In this document: positions 62,662 to 64,000 of the stretch, piece after piece | Layout of the letters: each line of letters begins with the position of its first letter | Numbering within the stretch: the first letter of the stretch is position 1 | Assembly (NCBI GenBank): GCA_900088475.1 | Contig: FLMG01000265.1 | Location: 62,001 to 126,000 of the forward strand | Length of the DNA stretch: 64,000 bases | Source: Hyphochytrium catenoides | Taxonomy: Eukaryota; Protista; Hyphochytriomycota | Direction of reading: 5' to 3' | The notes under the pieces: generated by a model | Database searches by the model: none | What the model saw: the letters and a program-made list of their open reading frames with translations, nothing else | What the model was told of the DNA's origin: nothing | Translations under genes and position numbers: made by a program

Positions 62662-64000
62662 ATGGAGAAGAAGCAGGACAGCAAGGCGATTTCCATAAAG
62701 CTCAAAGACATTGTTGGCCTTGCCGGAGCCGCCGAGTGCGAGACGCAGAGGTCGAAGGAGGGGATACCGTTGGATGCTGCTATCCACCCAGATAGAAAGT
62801 TTGAGGACAAACCCACAACTAAAAGCATTGCGGTCGGGGTGTGCTACGTTCTGACAATTATGGCAACCAGCACCGTCCTTTCTGTCACATACCTACTGAC
62901 AGCGGCAGTGTTCGTGACTCCATTTTCACGGTAAGGAACCCTTGCCTAACCTTAGACAGCTTCACGTGCTCACTATTTAATTCAAACCAGTCAGTATGCG
63001 GTATTTCTGATGCGGTATGGCATTGGTAAATGGTTCTCTATGACCAGTCTCATGCAGGAGGTGCTATTTGGTGTCCGCGTCAGGATCATAGTAGATAGTG
63101 ACGCTCCAGACATTCGTCTTACGAGAGAGGACGACTCCCTTCTCATCTGCAATCATCGAAGTGAGGTGGACTGGTTCTACTTTTGGTACAGCTTCCATAT
63201 AATGACGATGGGCAAAATGAACAATTTTCGCGCTAATCTCATCCTGCTCTTGTAGGAATCTCGGGGTGCGGTTTAACATGCATTCTGGCATGAGAACGAT
63301 GTTGAAGTCTCAGCTTAGGCTAATACCTGGGCCTGGGTAGGTAGCTTTATGGTCGTGAAGCGTTTTGGGCAGCTGACTCATTCTGTTACCGGTGCCTATT
63401 GTGACAGTTGGGCAATGACGCTGCTGCGATTCCCATTTGTCTCTCGAGCTTGGGAGAAAGATGCTGAAGCACTTCGTGCTACTATTGAGGGTTACAGGCA
63501 TGAAGGTTTACCAATATGCTTGGCAATGTTTCCAGAGGGCACGGCCCTCTATGACAGGGCCCTCATGTCATCTCACAAGTTCTCGGAAAAGAGTGGTTTG
63601 CCCAAGTATGAGTATGTCTTGCAGCCAAGGTTCAAAGGTTTCGAATATGTCGTCCAACACCTCCAGCCATCATATATTGTGGACGCTACCATTGCCTACC
63701 CGGAGCTGATGCAAGGAGTACGACCATCGCCGGTAAGCACTAGTCTCAAGAAACAGTGGTCAGCTGATAAATTGATCTAACTACGTCTTTCTCTTAGCTC
63801 CGCTTTTTGATGGGACTCTTTCCTAGAGATGTTGTTATTCATTATCGAAAGTATCGCCTTCCCGAAGTCACCCAGTTTGGTCAGGACGCTAAGGAATGGT
63901 ACGATGTTGGGAAGGGGTACCCCCTTTTCTATCGCTCACAACCTTGCTGCTTCAACCGTTTAGGCTGCGCAAAAGATTTGAAGCGAAGGAGCAGATGCTC
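62662..64000 (+). CDS. Lysocardiolipin/lysophosphatidic acid acyltransferase (LCLAT1/AGPAT family), 3' end outside the window
   Basis: CNHRSEVDW (HX4D), MLKSQLRLIPGPGWAM, FVSRAWEKD, MFPEGT, VLQPRFKGF, DATIAYP, joined by GT-AG introns. Confidence 0.92.

Noticed and set aside
6923-64000. Alternative genetic code or stop readthrough to explain fragmented ORFs
   Set aside because: The breaks I traced in conserved genes are explained by ordinary GT-AG introns.

Overview
Eukaryotic, intron-bearing draft genomic DNA: standard genetic code, mostly 40-250 nt GT-AG introns with CTAA/CTGA-like branch points, and two N gaps. Protein signatures (myosin [17 protein letters not shown], RabGGTase [23 protein letters not shown]) and a near-perfect oomycete-type Inr+FPR core promoter suggest a stramenopile, probably oomycete-related. 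That lineage call is inference. I reconstructed about 14 genes by hand-splicing: two unknown convergent genes (one ending in a possible H4-like histone fold), Rab geranylgeranyltransferase beta, NC2-alpha/DRAP1, a SAM-WD40-AT-hook TFIIIC-beta-like protein, a ~16 kb gene for a ~4,300 aa protein (8 kb repeat exon, coiled coil, pseudo-EF-hands), Serinc, a myristoylation-motif ARM protein, a class 3 lipase, a GAF-GAF hybrid histidine kinase, a 5-IQ myosin with an unrecognised tail, a secreted Cys-rich thaumatin-like protein, a secreted RxLR-bearing Vps62/NLP-like protein, and a partial lysophospholipid acyltransferase. The best candidates for something new are the gene-sparse island of intronless secreted proteins (56.7-61.3 kb) and the giant repeat/coiled-coil protein. 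I found no RNA genes, CRISPR arrays or intact mobile elements. All domain calls are by eye; no database searches were run.
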